Positions 49,054-59,507 of a stretch of 64,000 bases of DNA are shown piece by piece (positions within the stretch are counted from its first letter, which is position 1; every line of letters begins with the position of its first letter). This DNA is from Candidatus Woesearchaeota archaeon (lineage in GTDB: Archaea; Nanobdellota; Nanobdellia; Woesearchaeales; UBA11576), in contig JABGYH010000007.1 of assembly GCA_018675335.1 (NCBI GenBank), positions 308,232 to 372,231 of the forward strand, given 5' to 3'. The notes beneath the pieces are model-generated. The model ran no database searches. It saw only the letters and a list, made by a program, of their open reading frames with translations, and had not been told where the DNA came from. The translations under genes were made by a program, and so were the position numbers.

Positions 49054-49390
49054 TTTAACTCCTCCAAATAATAATCCAAATAACTTTAATTTTTAATTAA
49101 ATATGATATAAATCAGCTAAATTTAAATTAAAGCTTTAAATAACCACCTAGAAAACATAAAACGTTCTTAGCTACAGTATTATCGCCTTTGTAGCTTGAA
49201 AAGAACCCAGAATCTTTTTAAAAAGTCCTGCCATGTTCTTATCTAGGCAATAAAATCAAAAAATCAAAGGGGATTTATAAATGTTTGGGAGGGGTTAAAC
49301 CCTGAATTTATGACCTTATCGTGCCACGCACCCTAAATCCCTTAAAATCAAATATGTTTATTAAAATTAAATTAAGAGTTTTTAAATATT

Positions 49391-49445
49391 TAGAAGATTT
49401 TGAAGAGGTTGAAGGGTTAGAAGAGTTTGAAGGTTTAGAAGTTGT
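49391..49445. repeat. Short tandem repeat (~9 nt, GAAGRGTTW) x ~6
   Basis: agaagatttt gaagaggtt gaagggtt agaagagttt gaaggttt agaagttgtg, read directly. Confidence 0.6.
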
Positions 49446-49746
49446 GCAGTGATTTGTTATAAACCATATTTCGCACAAATAAAAAAATACCTCAAATATT
49501 ACTAAGCTACTAATTGATTTTCACCAACACCAATAATTACCTCAAAACACGTTCATCAAACCTAATTGTGAAACCTTAATTTTAAACAATAAAAACATTT
49601 AAATATAATCTCGCTTTTATTTTTACTCAATAGTTTTGAAACAGATTTAAATAATCTCTTTAAAGCAAACCAATTATTAAGTTATAAATTTAATATAAAT
49701 TCAAAAAAAATTAAAGTAATATAATACTACCAGAGGGGGACTTACC

Positions 49747-50010
49747 ATGGCTGAAGACGAAAAAAAATTTTCAAAAGAACTTATAGGAAAAACAGTTGTT
49801 TCTAAAACTGGGAAAAAATTTGGCCAAGTTGGAGATATAGTATTCGAAACACGTAGCGGAGAACTAATCCACCTAATTCTTGCAAACCCAACACAATACA
49901 TTGATAAACTTGAATTAGAAAAAGATAGAAAAGGAAACATCTTAATTCCATTTAGTGCAGTTATTGCAATGGGAGACTTCTTAGTAATAGCCGAAGAAGA
50001 TATCATATAA
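49747..50010 (+). CDS. PRC-barrel domain protein
   Basis: LIGKTVVSKTGKKFGQVGDIVFETRSGELIHLIL matches the PRC-barrel consensus; 87 aa. Confidence 0.65.
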   Translation: MAEDEKKFSKELIGKTVVSKTGKKFGQVGDIVFETRSGELIHLILANPTQYIDKLELEKDRKGNILIPFSAVIAMGDFLVIAEEDII

Positions 50011-50164
50011 ACTAGCCCAATATAATAATAAATTTAAACTAAATTTTTTAAAATATTTTATTTATTTTTATGATCATTCTAACACCTATACGACAATTAA
50101 ATTATATCTTGCGATTTAGTTAAAATAACAATATTTTTATAGTAACCCGTTTTCTTTATAACTC

Positions 50165-51121
50165 ATGGTAAGCGACATATGGACTGAAAAATATAGACCG
50201 AAAAAATTCTCAGATGTTTTAGGACAAGACGAGATAGTAAAAAGAGTAAAAGCATTTGTAGAACAAAAAAGCATGCCTCATCTTTTATTCTCTGGCCCTG
50301 CAGGAGTTGGAAAAACATCACTTTCACTAGTTACAGTACATGAATTATTTGGCGACTCTTGGAGATCAAACTTTCTTGAATTAAATGCGAGCGATGAGCG
50401 AGGAATTGATGTAGTACGAAATAAAGTAAAAGACTTTGCAAGAACAAAAGCAATTGGAGATGTACCGTTCAAAATAATTTATTTAGACGAATGTGACGCA
50501 CTTACAAAAGAAGCACAACAAGCGCTTAGAAGAACTATGGAAAACTACACTCAAACTTGTCGGTTTATTTTAAGTTGTAATTACTCATCAAAAATTATTG
50601 ACCCAATACAAAGTAGGTGCGCAATATTTAGATTCAAACTACTTGCTCAAAAAGATATAAAATTATTAATAGAAGACATAGTACAAAAAGAAAATTTAAC
50701 AATGGATGATTTAGCAAAAGATGCATTATACCAAATCTCTAATGGAGACTGTAGACGTGTTGAAAATATTTTACAAGCAAGTGCCGTAATATCCAAAAAC
50801 ATAACTGAAGAACTAATATATTCATTATCCTCAGTTGCAAAACCAAAAGAAATCAAAGAAATGATTCAATTAACACTTGATAACAATTTCTTAGATGCTC
50901 GAAAAAAATTACTAGATATAATGCTCAATTATGGATTATCCGGACTTGACATGATCAAACAAATACAAAAAGAAGTAATAAGCATGGATGTTGATGGTCG
51001 CAAAAAAATGCAAATGACTGAGATGTGCGGAGAGTTCGAATTTAGAATGACTGAAGGATCAGATGAATTTGTTCAATTAGAAGCATTAATTGCGAAATTT
51101 GTTTTAATAGGTTCTGAATAA
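50165..51121 (+). CDS. rfcS: Replication factor C small subunit
   Basis: WTEKYRPKKFSDVLGQ, Walker A GPAGVGKTS, DEAD-like IIYLDECDALT and SRC motif (IQSRCAIFRF). Confidence 0.9.
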   Translation: MVSDIWTEKYRPKKFSDVLGQDEIVKRVKAFVEQKSMPHLLFSGPAGVGKTSLSLVTVHELFGDSWRSNFLELNASDERGIDVVRNKVKDFARTKAIGDVPFKIIYLDECDALTKEAQQALRRTMENYTQTCRFILSCNYSSKIIDPIQSRCAIFRFKLLAQKDIKLLIEDIVQKENLTMDDLAKDALYQISNGDCRRVENILQASAVISKNITEELIYSLSSVAKPKEIKEMIQLTLDNNFLDARKKLLDIMLNYGLSGLDMIKQIQKEVISMDVDGRKKMQMTEMCGEFEFRMTEGSDEFVQLEALIAKFVLIGSE

Positions 51122-51190
51122 TTATAAACCTGCTTCTGACATATAATTGTTAAATTATGAAATTCATAAAACAAAAGAATTAGTTAAAAA

Positions 51191-51502
51191 TTATTTAATT
51201 TTTTGGAGATCTTTTAATTGTTTATCAATACTTCCCATTTCAGATTCTATTATTATTTTTTCGTCTAAAATGGATTTTATTCTCTCAACATAAGGTCTTA
51301 ACTTTCTAGCCCAATACTCAGGAACTTTTCCTTTTACACGCTTAGCCAGCAGTTCAGACTTTCTTTTTTCACAAGATTCTAATTCATCCTCAAGACTCTT
51401 TAACCGTTTAGCTAAACGCTTTGACTTATTAACTAATTTTTCTTCAGGGGTTTTATTACGATCCCAAAAACTCATAAACCATTCCATAACCATTTTTGAC
51501 AT
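51191..51502 (-). CDS. Small charged coiled-coil protein
   Basis: 103 aa, K/E-rich helical heptads; no family recognised. Confidence 0.35.
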   Translation of the reverse strand: MSKMVMEWFMSFWDRNKTPEEKLVNKSKRLAKRLKSLEDELESCEKRKSELLAKRVKGKVPEYWARKLRPYVERIKSILDEKIIIESEMGSIDKQLKDLQKIK

Positions 51503-51595
51503 ATCAGAAATATATAAACATTTCTAAAAAAAACAATTAAAGAACTAATACAATTATAGTAAGATTAAAATAGTAAATCATCCTCTTAATAAAAC

Positions 51596-52759
51596 ATGAC
51601 TGAAGAAAATGAGGTGCAACTTGATTCTAATCTTATCGAAGAGATAGAAACTAGAACCAAAAGACTTGCTGAATCAAATCTATTTCTAGCACAAAAATTA
51701 AAAGAAAATGACGATACGATAAATTATCTTCATGATAACATGTCCAGGCTTTCTTTTGTTAAACAAAACTTAGAAAAAAAAGAAAAAATAATTACTGAAT
51801 TAAAAACAAAAACTGAAGCTGCATTTTTTGAACAACGAAGACTTGAAACTGAAAATACCAGACTAATTACGGATTTAAGTGAACTCAAAAAGAAAAGTCA
51901 AGATTCAATTAATTTAATGGATGAAAAAACTAAACAAGTAACTGACATGAATTTACACGTTTCAGAACTAACTGTTGAGATTAAAAAACAAAAAAATGAA
52001 ATTGCACGACTACAAAATCAAGTTGAATTATTAACCTCAAAAAATCAACTAAAAGAAAATACAACACACGAACTACAAAGTGCACTTGACTTAGAAAAAA
52101 AGAAAAATGAAGATATCAAAGCAGAATTTGAAAATAAAAAAATAGAACTAACAGAAAAACAAAAACTGTTTGACGAAGAAACTGAAACACTCAAAAAAAA
52201 TTATGAAAGCCGCCTTAACAGGCTCGTACAACAAAACACACTAAAAATTGTTACGTTCAAATCGAAAATAGACAAACTACACAAACTATTACAACACAAA
52301 CAAGAATCAATCTCAGAAAGACAAAAACAAGCATCACAAGTCATAAATGAATTTAATAAAAAATTCAAAGACCTCGTAAGTGATGAAGATGCACTTCAAC
52401 TTGAATCATACAAAGAAGAACTTGAAGAAAAAGAAGAAAAGTTTACCGAAGAACTAAATGAACACCCATATGATTCACCAAACAATAACATAGGTCAAAT
52501 TAATAGTTCGGATTTAATAAATGAAGAAGTTGATGGCGCAACCGCAGAAGAAGAAGAAATGATTATTAATCCATATCAAGAAATTAACGATCCATACTCA
52601 GCATCACCAATGCCAAATATTGATGATCTAATACCAATGATTAAAGTAGCACTTGATCATGGAGATAATGTGGAAAGCATATTTAATTCTTTACTCAATT
52701 CAGGAATAGATAAACAAGCAATACAACTAGCATTCACAAGAGTAAATGAAAGTGAATAA
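51596..52759 (+). CDS. Long coiled-coil protein (SMC/intermediate-filament-like architecture) with acidic C-terminal region
   Basis: ~300 aa of continuous heptad-like charged sequence (…LKKKSQDSINLMDEKTKQVTDMNLHVSELTVEIKKQKNEIARLQNQVELL…). Confidence 0.4.
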   Translation: MTEENEVQLDSNLIEEIETRTKRLAESNLFLAQKLKENDDTINYLHDNMSRLSFVKQNLEKKEKIITELKTKTEAAFFEQRRLETENTRLITDLSELKKKSQDSINLMDEKTKQVTDMNLHVSELTVEIKKQKNEIARLQNQVELLTSKNQLKENTTHELQSALDLEKKKNEDIKAEFENKKIELTEKQKLFDEETETLKKNYESRLNRLVQQNTLKIVTFKSKIDKLHKLLQHKQESISERQKQASQVINEFNKKFKDLVSDEDALQLESYKEELEEKEEKFTEELNEHPYDSPNNNIGQINSSDLINEEVDGATAEEEEMIINPYQEINDPYSASPMPNIDDLIPMIKVALDHGDNVESIFNSLLNSGIDKQAIQLAFTRVNESE

Positions 52760-52808
52760 AAATAATTGTTAGCAATTTATGTTGTGTTAATAGCAACTGT
52801 ACGTTCCA

Positions 52809-53687
52809 TTAAATTCTCAAAAGAATAATTCCAAGTACTGCAATACAAACTAGTCCAAACTGCTTAAGAGATAGTTCTTCACCATTAAACAACTTAGCAA
52901 GAATTGCAGTAATAATTATGAAGTTAGGATGAATTGCTGAAACTAATACTAACGGACCTGATTTAAGCGCAGTCAGTAAAGAAATATAACCCATAAAATT
53001 TATGATTCCAATAATAATACCATATTTAATTGATGCAGACCAATTGGTTTTTTGAATCATTTTAGGCAATTTATTTCTTTGATTGAATTTTGATGTTTTT
53101 GCAGAACCAAAAGAAATCATAATAGAAAACAAATAAGTGATCATAATAAAAAATCCAAGATTAGTTGAGGTTGCAGCATACTTGTTAGTTATCATCATCC
53201 CAGCACCAAATGGAATTGTAATTATGGCAAATAAAAAACCAGATCTTGTTATTTTATAATCAGATTTAGATTTAGCAAAATAGTGAATGAGAGTGATTGC
53301 CAAGATAATCAATATAATTCCCACAATAGAAAATATTGAGAGTTTTTCTTTGAAAAAAATAATTGCATAAAAAACAGTTAAAATAATGCTTGCTGCAGAA
53401 ATTGGAAAAACGATATTAGTTGGAAGAAATTCTAATGCCTTAAATTGAAAAATTGTTTTAAGAAAAAAACATAATGCAAAAAGAAAACCTAACAAGAGAG
53501 TAAGGGATATAAATAAAAATTCAAAACCCTTAATTGAAAAATAAACAATTGCGAAAACTTCTACAGTGAGCATGAAAAATAAAGTTACCCAAAACTTATC
53601 AGCAGAGTTAGTTAATGCTCGCTTGTATAAAAAACTTTGAATACCAAACATGCACGTTGCAAAAATTGAAAAAAAGAACCATTCCAT
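52809..53687 (-). CDS. DMT-superfamily (EamA-like) 10-TM transporter
   Basis: 292 aa, ~10 evenly spaced TM helices forming two 5-TM halves. Confidence 0.45.
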   Translation of the reverse strand: MEWFFFSIFATCMFGIQSFLYKRALTNSADKFWVTLFFMLTVEVFAIVYFSIKGFEFLFISLTLLLGFLFALCFFLKTIFQFKALEFLPTNIVFPISAASIILTVFYAIIFFKEKLSIFSIVGIILIILAITLIHYFAKSKSDYKITRSGFLFAIITIPFGAGMMITNKYAATSTNLGFFIMITYLFSIMISFGSAKTSKFNQRNKLPKMIQKTNWSASIKYGIIIGIINFMGYISLLTALKSGPLVLVSAIHPNFIIITAILAKLFNGEELSLKQFGLVCIAVLGIILLRI

Positions 53688-53827
53688 ACACAGAATAAGT
53701 AATGAAATAGTTTAAATAATTATCTAGAAACAAAGACTGTTCACTTATCATAAGAAAATAGAAGATATGATTAAAAAAAATATAAGAAAAAAAGAAATAA
53801 AAAATTAATTGATAAATGTTTAATTAT

Positions 53828-54811
53828 TTATCCTCCAATGTGTTGAACTGTTAAAGATGTTTCTGCACTTTGTTTGTAATCATATCCGAGATCGATTCTA
53901 ACAACTTTTTTGAAGTCACTAGGTGAACTAATTTCTTGACTACAACTAATTTCTCTCATGCCGTTTAAAAGAACAACATCACCAGAATAAACAGAACCAC
54001 TAGATGATGGATCTTGTAGACCACTACAAGTTAAACCGCCACTAATTCCAGTATCAATTTCAACGTGAACTTTGTTACGCTTAGGAAACTCTTCAACACA
54101 CTCAGAACTTGATGCGTAAAGTTTACCACTTCCTTTATGTTCAACTTTAAAAATAAAATTGGTTTTTGTTGCACTACCAACTGATTCTCTAAAACTAGTT
54201 ACTTGAACTGGAGCACCAGAATTATCAACTGATTTTTCTTCTGTTACTTTACAAAAACTAGATTCTTGACCAGTCATACCCAGCATATCTTCTAAAATGC
54301 AAAGTTCAGAATTAACAACAGTACCATAATTATAACAAACATCTGCTTTAATATTATAAGTTACTTGACCTGCAACTTCTTTTTGGTTTACAAAAGCAGA
54401 ACCTGATGTTGGAAAATCAATAGATGCCATACCGCCAGGTATCTTTCCACCTTCAGTATCAATTTTAACTCCTCTAAGCGGATCAGGACTATCTTTTTTA
54501 AGATCAGATGCGCCAACACCAAAGTCAGCAGGATCAAATCCAGTAACAGTAACAGTTGCATCAGAACCAAGATCTATATCATGACCTCCTAAGTTTTCAA
54601 TACGAACACTAATTCCGAAAGGTTGCTCTTTATCAACAACGGATGTAGGTGGAGCACCGGATACAAATTCAATTGATAAACCATCAGTACCTTGAATAAA
54701 CATACTTCCAGTTTTAATACCAGTAGGTTGAGCTGCAGAATCTTGATTCTCCCCACAACCAACTAAGAAAATCATCATTAAAATGACCAAAATAATCGCT
54801 AATCTCCTCAT
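53828..54811 (-). CDS. Secreted lipoprotein, CARDB-like beta-sandwich plus Cys-containing domain (family member 1 of 3)
   Basis: Signal with lipobox-like LVGCG. FGISVRIENLGGHDIDLGSDATVTVTGFDP resembles CARDB. Shares blocks (LEFVSGAPP; GAPVQVTSF; C-Y-x-Y) with the next two genes. Confidence 0.5.
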   Translation of the reverse strand: MRRLAIILVILMMIFLVGCGENQDSAAQPTGIKTGSMFIQGTDGLSIEFVSGAPPTSVVDKEQPFGISVRIENLGGHDIDLGSDATVTVTGFDPADFGVGASDLKKDSPDPLRGVKIDTEGGKIPGGMASIDFPTSGSAFVNQKEVAGQVTYNIKADVCYNYGTVVNSELCILEDMLGMTGQESSFCKVTEEKSVDNSGAPVQVTSFRESVGSATKTNFIFKVEHKGSGKLYASSSECVEEFPKRNKVHVEIDTGISGGLTCSGLQDPSSSGSVYSGDVVLLNGMREISCSQEISSPSDFKKVVRIDLGYDYKQSAETSLTVQHIGG

Positions 54812-54999
54812 TTTTACGCCTCCTTTTTGAAAAAAATGAAATTTGAGTTATTATATTAAATATTACCAACCAAAGAGTTGATAACACACATATCATCAAT
54901 TTTTTATTATTTTTAACTAATATTAATAGCTAATACAAACATAAAAACCGTTTTTCTATATAAATATTATTTAAAATGCATCATATATGTTATTTTTTA

Positions 55000-55923
55000 T
55001 TATTCAATATTTTTAATTGCAACATCTCGACTTATGCTATTTTTATAACCATATTTTAATCTCACAGATAATGTAGTTTGAAATGCACTACCTGCTTGAG
55101 CAGTTTGAGGAAATTTACAATAAATTGTTGCTTTACCATTAACTAATCTAAGTTTATCATTTGAAGGTTTACAATCTCCTTCCCAATTAGTACCTAAAAC
55201 AGGATTTTCATAATAAACTTTGTTAAGATCTTTAAAATCTAAATTATTAGGACATGCTGCAAGTGCAGTTGGAGAATAAACAACACCGTTTCCAGAATTA
55301 GAAATATGAATTCTAAAAAAAGTTCCTTTAGGCGTTGAATCTTGTTCAATTGACGTTACTGCCAACGGTGCTCCTTGACTACCTGCTGCAACATTTTGAA
55401 CTGTACATGCTTTATCACTTAATTGATCAGTAGGATTTGGATCAACACACACAATAGGACTTGCAACAGTTTCATAGGGATAACATGCAGTTAATAAAAA
55501 TTTAGGACGATAAACAGGAGTTCCTTCTTGAAGATGAATGTCTGATGATTCCCACTCAAGAATTTCCATTCCTCCTTCAGAATTATATTGAGACTTTCCC
55601 TCTAAATAAGAAACTTCACGAAATGGTTGTAAGTTAATTAGTCTAGGATCATATCCAGTTAAGTAAAATGATGCACTTGGAACATCATAAGTTCCACGAT
55701 TTTTAATTGTTACCATAAAAATTAGAGGAGTTGTAGAATAAATTTCTTGAGGAGGCGTATCTGCTGAAAATTCCATTACAATTCCTTCAGTCCCAGTATG
55801 CGAATAAACTGGGGATTGTTCAGGATTATCAGGATTACCTTTGTTTAATCCCCCACAACCAACTAATAAGAAAGATGTGACTAGAATTGAAATAATTAAA
55901 AACATTCGCTTAGTTAATTTCAT
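55000..55923 (-). CDS. Secreted lipoprotein, CARDB-like (family member 2 of 3)
   Basis: Signal plus LVGCGG; VMEFSADTPPQEIY; LIFMVTIKNRGTYDV; GAPLAVTSIEQ; ACYPYETVASPIVCVDPNP. Confidence 0.5.
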   Translation of the reverse strand: MKLTKRMFLIISILVTSFLLVGCGGLNKGNPDNPEQSPVYSHTGTEGIVMEFSADTPPQEIYSTTPLIFMVTIKNRGTYDVPSASFYLTGYDPRLINLQPFREVSYLEGKSQYNSEGGMEILEWESSDIHLQEGTPVYRPKFLLTACYPYETVASPIVCVDPNPTDQLSDKACTVQNVAAGSQGAPLAVTSIEQDSTPKGTFFRIHISNSGNGVVYSPTALAACPNNLDFKDLNKVYYENPVLGTNWEGDCKPSNDKLRLVNGKATIYCKFPQTAQAGSAFQTTLSVRLKYGYKNSISRDVAIKNIE

Positions 55924-56035
55924 TTTATATCCTCTTTTAAAACAAAAACAGTTATTTTGTTTTATATATTTTTCGGTAAAATATAATTATTTTAATAGTA
56001 AATGAATAATTTAATTTTATAATATATAACAATCA

Positions 56036-57130
56036 TTATTCTAGGGAAGACAGCGATGCTTTAAACTCAGATTCTAATCCAGTACAAACTGCATCACTAA
56101 CTCCACCAATTGGAGGTGCAATCATTAATTTATGATGAACCTTATCTTTATAATTATATTTCGCAGTAACAGTCACAGGAGTAATAAATGCGCCATCTTC
56201 TTTATTTAATTCAGTATAACACCTAATTTTGGATTTGCCCGATCTAAAAACTGCAGTTCCAGGTTTTTCATTAAAAGTATTCACTAAACTTTTACAATGC
56301 ATGTTTTGACCACTAATTTCTGCCTCAACAAAAATCTTATTTTGAATCTTAGGATCATCGCATTCAGCAATAAATTCATTCAAATAAACTTCACCTTGAG
56401 AATTTGCAATAGATAAGTCAATATCAATTTGTGCCCTAATTTTATTCCCATACGGAACTATTTCGGGACTAATTTGTGTAACTGCAATTGGTGCGCCTTG
56501 ACCACCTGACAAAGAAACTGCTGATTGAGTACAAACTTTTTCTTCATTTTTTGCTGACTGTTTATTGCTATTTGGATCAAAACAAATATCTGCACTTGCA
56601 TGAGTTTCATAAGCATAACATGCTATTGCCACCACAGTTTGTGAAAAATTCTTTTTTTGATTGCCTTTTAATTGCTGAAAACAACGAGACAGGGCAGGAT
56701 AATAAATTTCAGTAAACTCACCATCACTTACAAATGCAGAACGACCCAAAAGTTCAAATTCTTGAGTTCTAGTATCTTCTTCAATTAAAAACATTGTTGA
56801 ATCGAAATTTAAAAAAAGACTGCCCTCTGCAAGATCTACATCATATGCACCCTTATTTTCTAAACGAATACCAAAATTAAACATATCTCCCACAAGAACT
56901 TTCTCAGGAGGCATTGATTCGACAAACTCCAATTTAATACCTTCAGTTCCTTTTCTATAATCTTGAATTTTAACATTATCAGCAGTTTTTCCCGTACCAA
57001 ATAAACTACCTTTCATACTAACTGCAGAACCACAACCAGTTAGTGCTATAAGTAAAAAAATAATTGCAATTAAAATAAATAACTTGGTTACATAAATTTT
57101 ATTTAGGACGGTTGATTGAGTTTTAATCAT
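56036..57130 (-). CDS. Secreted lipoprotein, CARDB-like (family member 3 of 3)
   Basis: Signal plus LTGCGS; KLEFVESMPPEKV; FGIRLENKGAYDVDL; GAPIAVTQISPE; ACYAYETHASADICFDPNS. Confidence 0.5.
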   Translation of the reverse strand: MIKTQSTVLNKIYVTKLFILIAIIFLLIALTGCGSAVSMKGSLFGTGKTADNVKIQDYRKGTEGIKLEFVESMPPEKVLVGDMFNFGIRLENKGAYDVDLAEGSLFLNFDSTMFLIEEDTRTQEFELLGRSAFVSDGEFTEIYYPALSRCFQQLKGNQKKNFSQTVVAIACYAYETHASADICFDPNSNKQSAKNEEKVCTQSAVSLSGGQGAPIAVTQISPEIVPYGNKIRAQIDIDLSIANSQGEVYLNEFIAECDDPKIQNKIFVEAEISGQNMHCKSLVNTFNEKPGTAVFRSGKSKIRCYTELNKEDGAFITPVTVTAKYNYKDKVHHKLMIAPPIGGVSDAVCTGLESEFKASLSSLE

Positions 57131-57220
57131 TTTTTTATATTCTCTTTTTGGTTTGATCTTTTTTAATTTTTATTTTTTTATTATTAAATATTATTAATTA
57201 AAAATTTTCATTATTGAAAT

Positions 57221-59260
57221 TTAAGTTGTTGTGTTATTACTTATGTTTTTAGTAGTTGATGTTTTAGAATCACTTGCTTTTGACTTTCCACAACCATAAC
57301 TTGTTTTAGTAAATTCTTTTCCTGCAGACTTAACATCGAGTTCCAACTTATTTTGAACTGCATACTCATATTCTATTTCACCAATAATAGTAGTTGGATT
57401 GGCTTCTGTCGGATTTATTAATATTTTATCAGGCGCAGTTAATGCCAAATGACATGAAGGTAACTTTTTTTGTAACCCTTTTTGTAATTCGAAAAATTTC
57501 ATATTACCAACATTATCTAAAGTTAAAACTGTACGCTCATCCTCAACAAGTTGTGACCAACCTTTACAAAAATTAATTGCTTTTCCCTCAGTAGTTCCAG
57601 AATCTGCTTTCTTAAACCCATCTGGCAAAACTAATCTGACTGAAGAAATATGTTCAATTGCACCTTCCCCCATATTTTCTACATTAATTGACAATTTAAT
57701 AGTCTTACCACTATCTTCTAAATCTAATCCAATTAATGGCATTTTTTGAGTTTGCAAAACTAATTTAATTAAACCTTTATCAGACATTGATACGCCTGTG
57801 AAATCTGATAGTTCAGGATAAAGAGATCTAATTGCAGAAACTACTGCGCTTTCACCATCTAAACTAACTCCATTTTGTTGAGAATATGCTTTTAATTTTT
57901 CTTCTAAATAGGATTTATCAATAAATGCATTTTTTAATTCAGCTTTTGTTGTAAACCCAGATGACACTGCAGTTAAAAAAACAAAATATTTCTCAGGACA
58001 AACAATATCGTCAGGATAACAAGTTATTTCTTGATCAAAACTTAATTCAGATGGTAACTCTGACAGATCAACAACTTCTTTTGTTGAACCAATAAGTGAA
58101 TCATACGCAGTTGAGGCAGTAACTTTATGTTTAGATCTTCTAATAGAATTACAACCTACAACTGTTTGAATATTATTACTATAACCAAATCCATGCAATC
58201 TAGCGCTTATTTCTAAAGGTTCTTTTGAACCCATATCTCCTGGTTGTGGAAGATTATATGTTTTAGTATTGGGAGTCCAAGGATTTAACCATTCAACACC
58301 CACAAATTCTTTAACTTGAGTATCTTGATTCCCTTCAATACGTTCACCACTTGCTTTTTGCAAATTCTTTTTCCAACTCTTTTGAAATTCACCAATGAGT
58401 TCTGCTACTGCGCTTTTAGCACCGTAAGAAACTGACTCTGATGCCTCGTCTGTTTGAGCATCAACAGTTGTTTGAGACATAGCATATGCAACACGAGGAC
58501 CAATCACTGTAACACCAAACGAACCAATTGCCACAATGAAAAGAATAACCACTATAACTATGATAACTGCACCCCCGTTACCTCCTGACCTAGAACCACC
58601 AGATGCAATATTTGCAAATCCGCTTGATGATTGTTTAACTCGTGCACCAGATAAACCTCCTGAAGAAGGACTTGAACTCGTACTTGAAGATAAACTTGCA
58701 CTTTGAGATTTCATTTGAGAAACTAATTTTTTTTGTGAATCTATTTGAGATTTAATTGCATCTCTTTCTTGATATAAATGCTTTAAATTATTTTTACTAG
58801 CTTTGATAGACAGATAAACATTTAATGTATACCAGGGAATAATATCTAAAAACGGAACTAATTCTAACAATCCAAAATTCATTTTTTGATATCTGCCCTT
58901 ACCCAATATAGATGGAAATAGCATAAATTGAAGTAAGCAATCAAAAACAAGTTCTATAATCTCAGACATTAATCCAGTACTTACTGACACTATCTGATCA
59001 ATAAAAATTCCCCACACTACATCTACAATAAATGCGACTATGTATGCAGTAATTTTTTTTCCAAACGAAATATCTTTTTCATTAATCTCTGAATTTTTCG
59101 CATCAAGTTGCGATGCAAGAGAGGTAATTTGAGAACTTGCCGAAGAAAGTTGATTTGCTAATTGATATTGTTCCATTTGACCTAATCGCCCCATATCAGG
59201 ACTTGAGGTTTGTGGTTGATTTTGCATTGCAGTATTTGGTACTTGCGATTGATTTTGCAC
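57221..59260 (-). CDS. Polytopic membrane protein: Q/N-rich N-terminus, TM bundle, coiled-coil and Ser/Gly-rich linker, further TM, then extracellular C-terminal domain including a CARDB-like segment
   Basis: TM segments ITAYIVAFIVDVVWGIF, LLELVPFLDIIPWYTLNVYL and AVIIVIVVILFIVAIGSFGVTVIG; C-terminal TIKLSINVENMGEGAIEHISSVRLVLPDGF. Confidence 0.45.
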   Translation of the reverse strand: MQNQSQVPNTAMQNQPQTSSPDMGRLGQMEQYQLANQLSSASSQITSLASQLDAKNSEINEKDISFGKKITAYIVAFIVDVVWGIFIDQIVSVSTGLMSEIIELVFDCLLQFMLFPSILGKGRYQKMNFGLLELVPFLDIIPWYTLNVYLSIKASKNNLKHLYQERDAIKSQIDSQKKLVSQMKSQSASLSSSTSSSPSSGGLSGARVKQSSSGFANIASGGSRSGGNGGAVIIVIVVILFIVAIGSFGVTVIGPRVAYAMSQTTVDAQTDEASESVSYGAKSAVAELIGEFQKSWKKNLQKASGERIEGNQDTQVKEFVGVEWLNPWTPNTKTYNLPQPGDMGSKEPLEISARLHGFGYSNNIQTVVGCNSIRRSKHKVTASTAYDSLIGSTKEVVDLSELPSELSFDQEITCYPDDIVCPEKYFVFLTAVSSGFTTKAELKNAFIDKSYLEEKLKAYSQQNGVSLDGESAVVSAIRSLYPELSDFTGVSMSDKGLIKLVLQTQKMPLIGLDLEDSGKTIKLSINVENMGEGAIEHISSVRLVLPDGFKKADSGTTEGKAINFCKGWSQLVEDERTVLTLDNVGNMKFFELQKGLQKKLPSCHLALTAPDKILINPTEANPTTIIGEIEYEYAVQNKLELDVKSAGKEFTKTSYGCGKSKASDSKTSTTKNISNNTTT

Positions 59261-59507
59261 AGAGGGATTTGGCGTAGAACCTTGCGGTTTAACAGAATTA
59301 GCACTAGGGGCAAGCCGACTATTTAACTTATTTAAAGCATTACTACCCGGATTAGGAGGAGAAATGATACCACACCTCTTTTTAATAAATATTTGATTAT
59401 CGATAAATATTAAATTAATTTAATAAATATTTAAGTAAATATTTTAATTGATATAAATAAACATTTAATTGATATTTTTAAAATATAAAAAAATATTTTA
59501 TTAAGAT

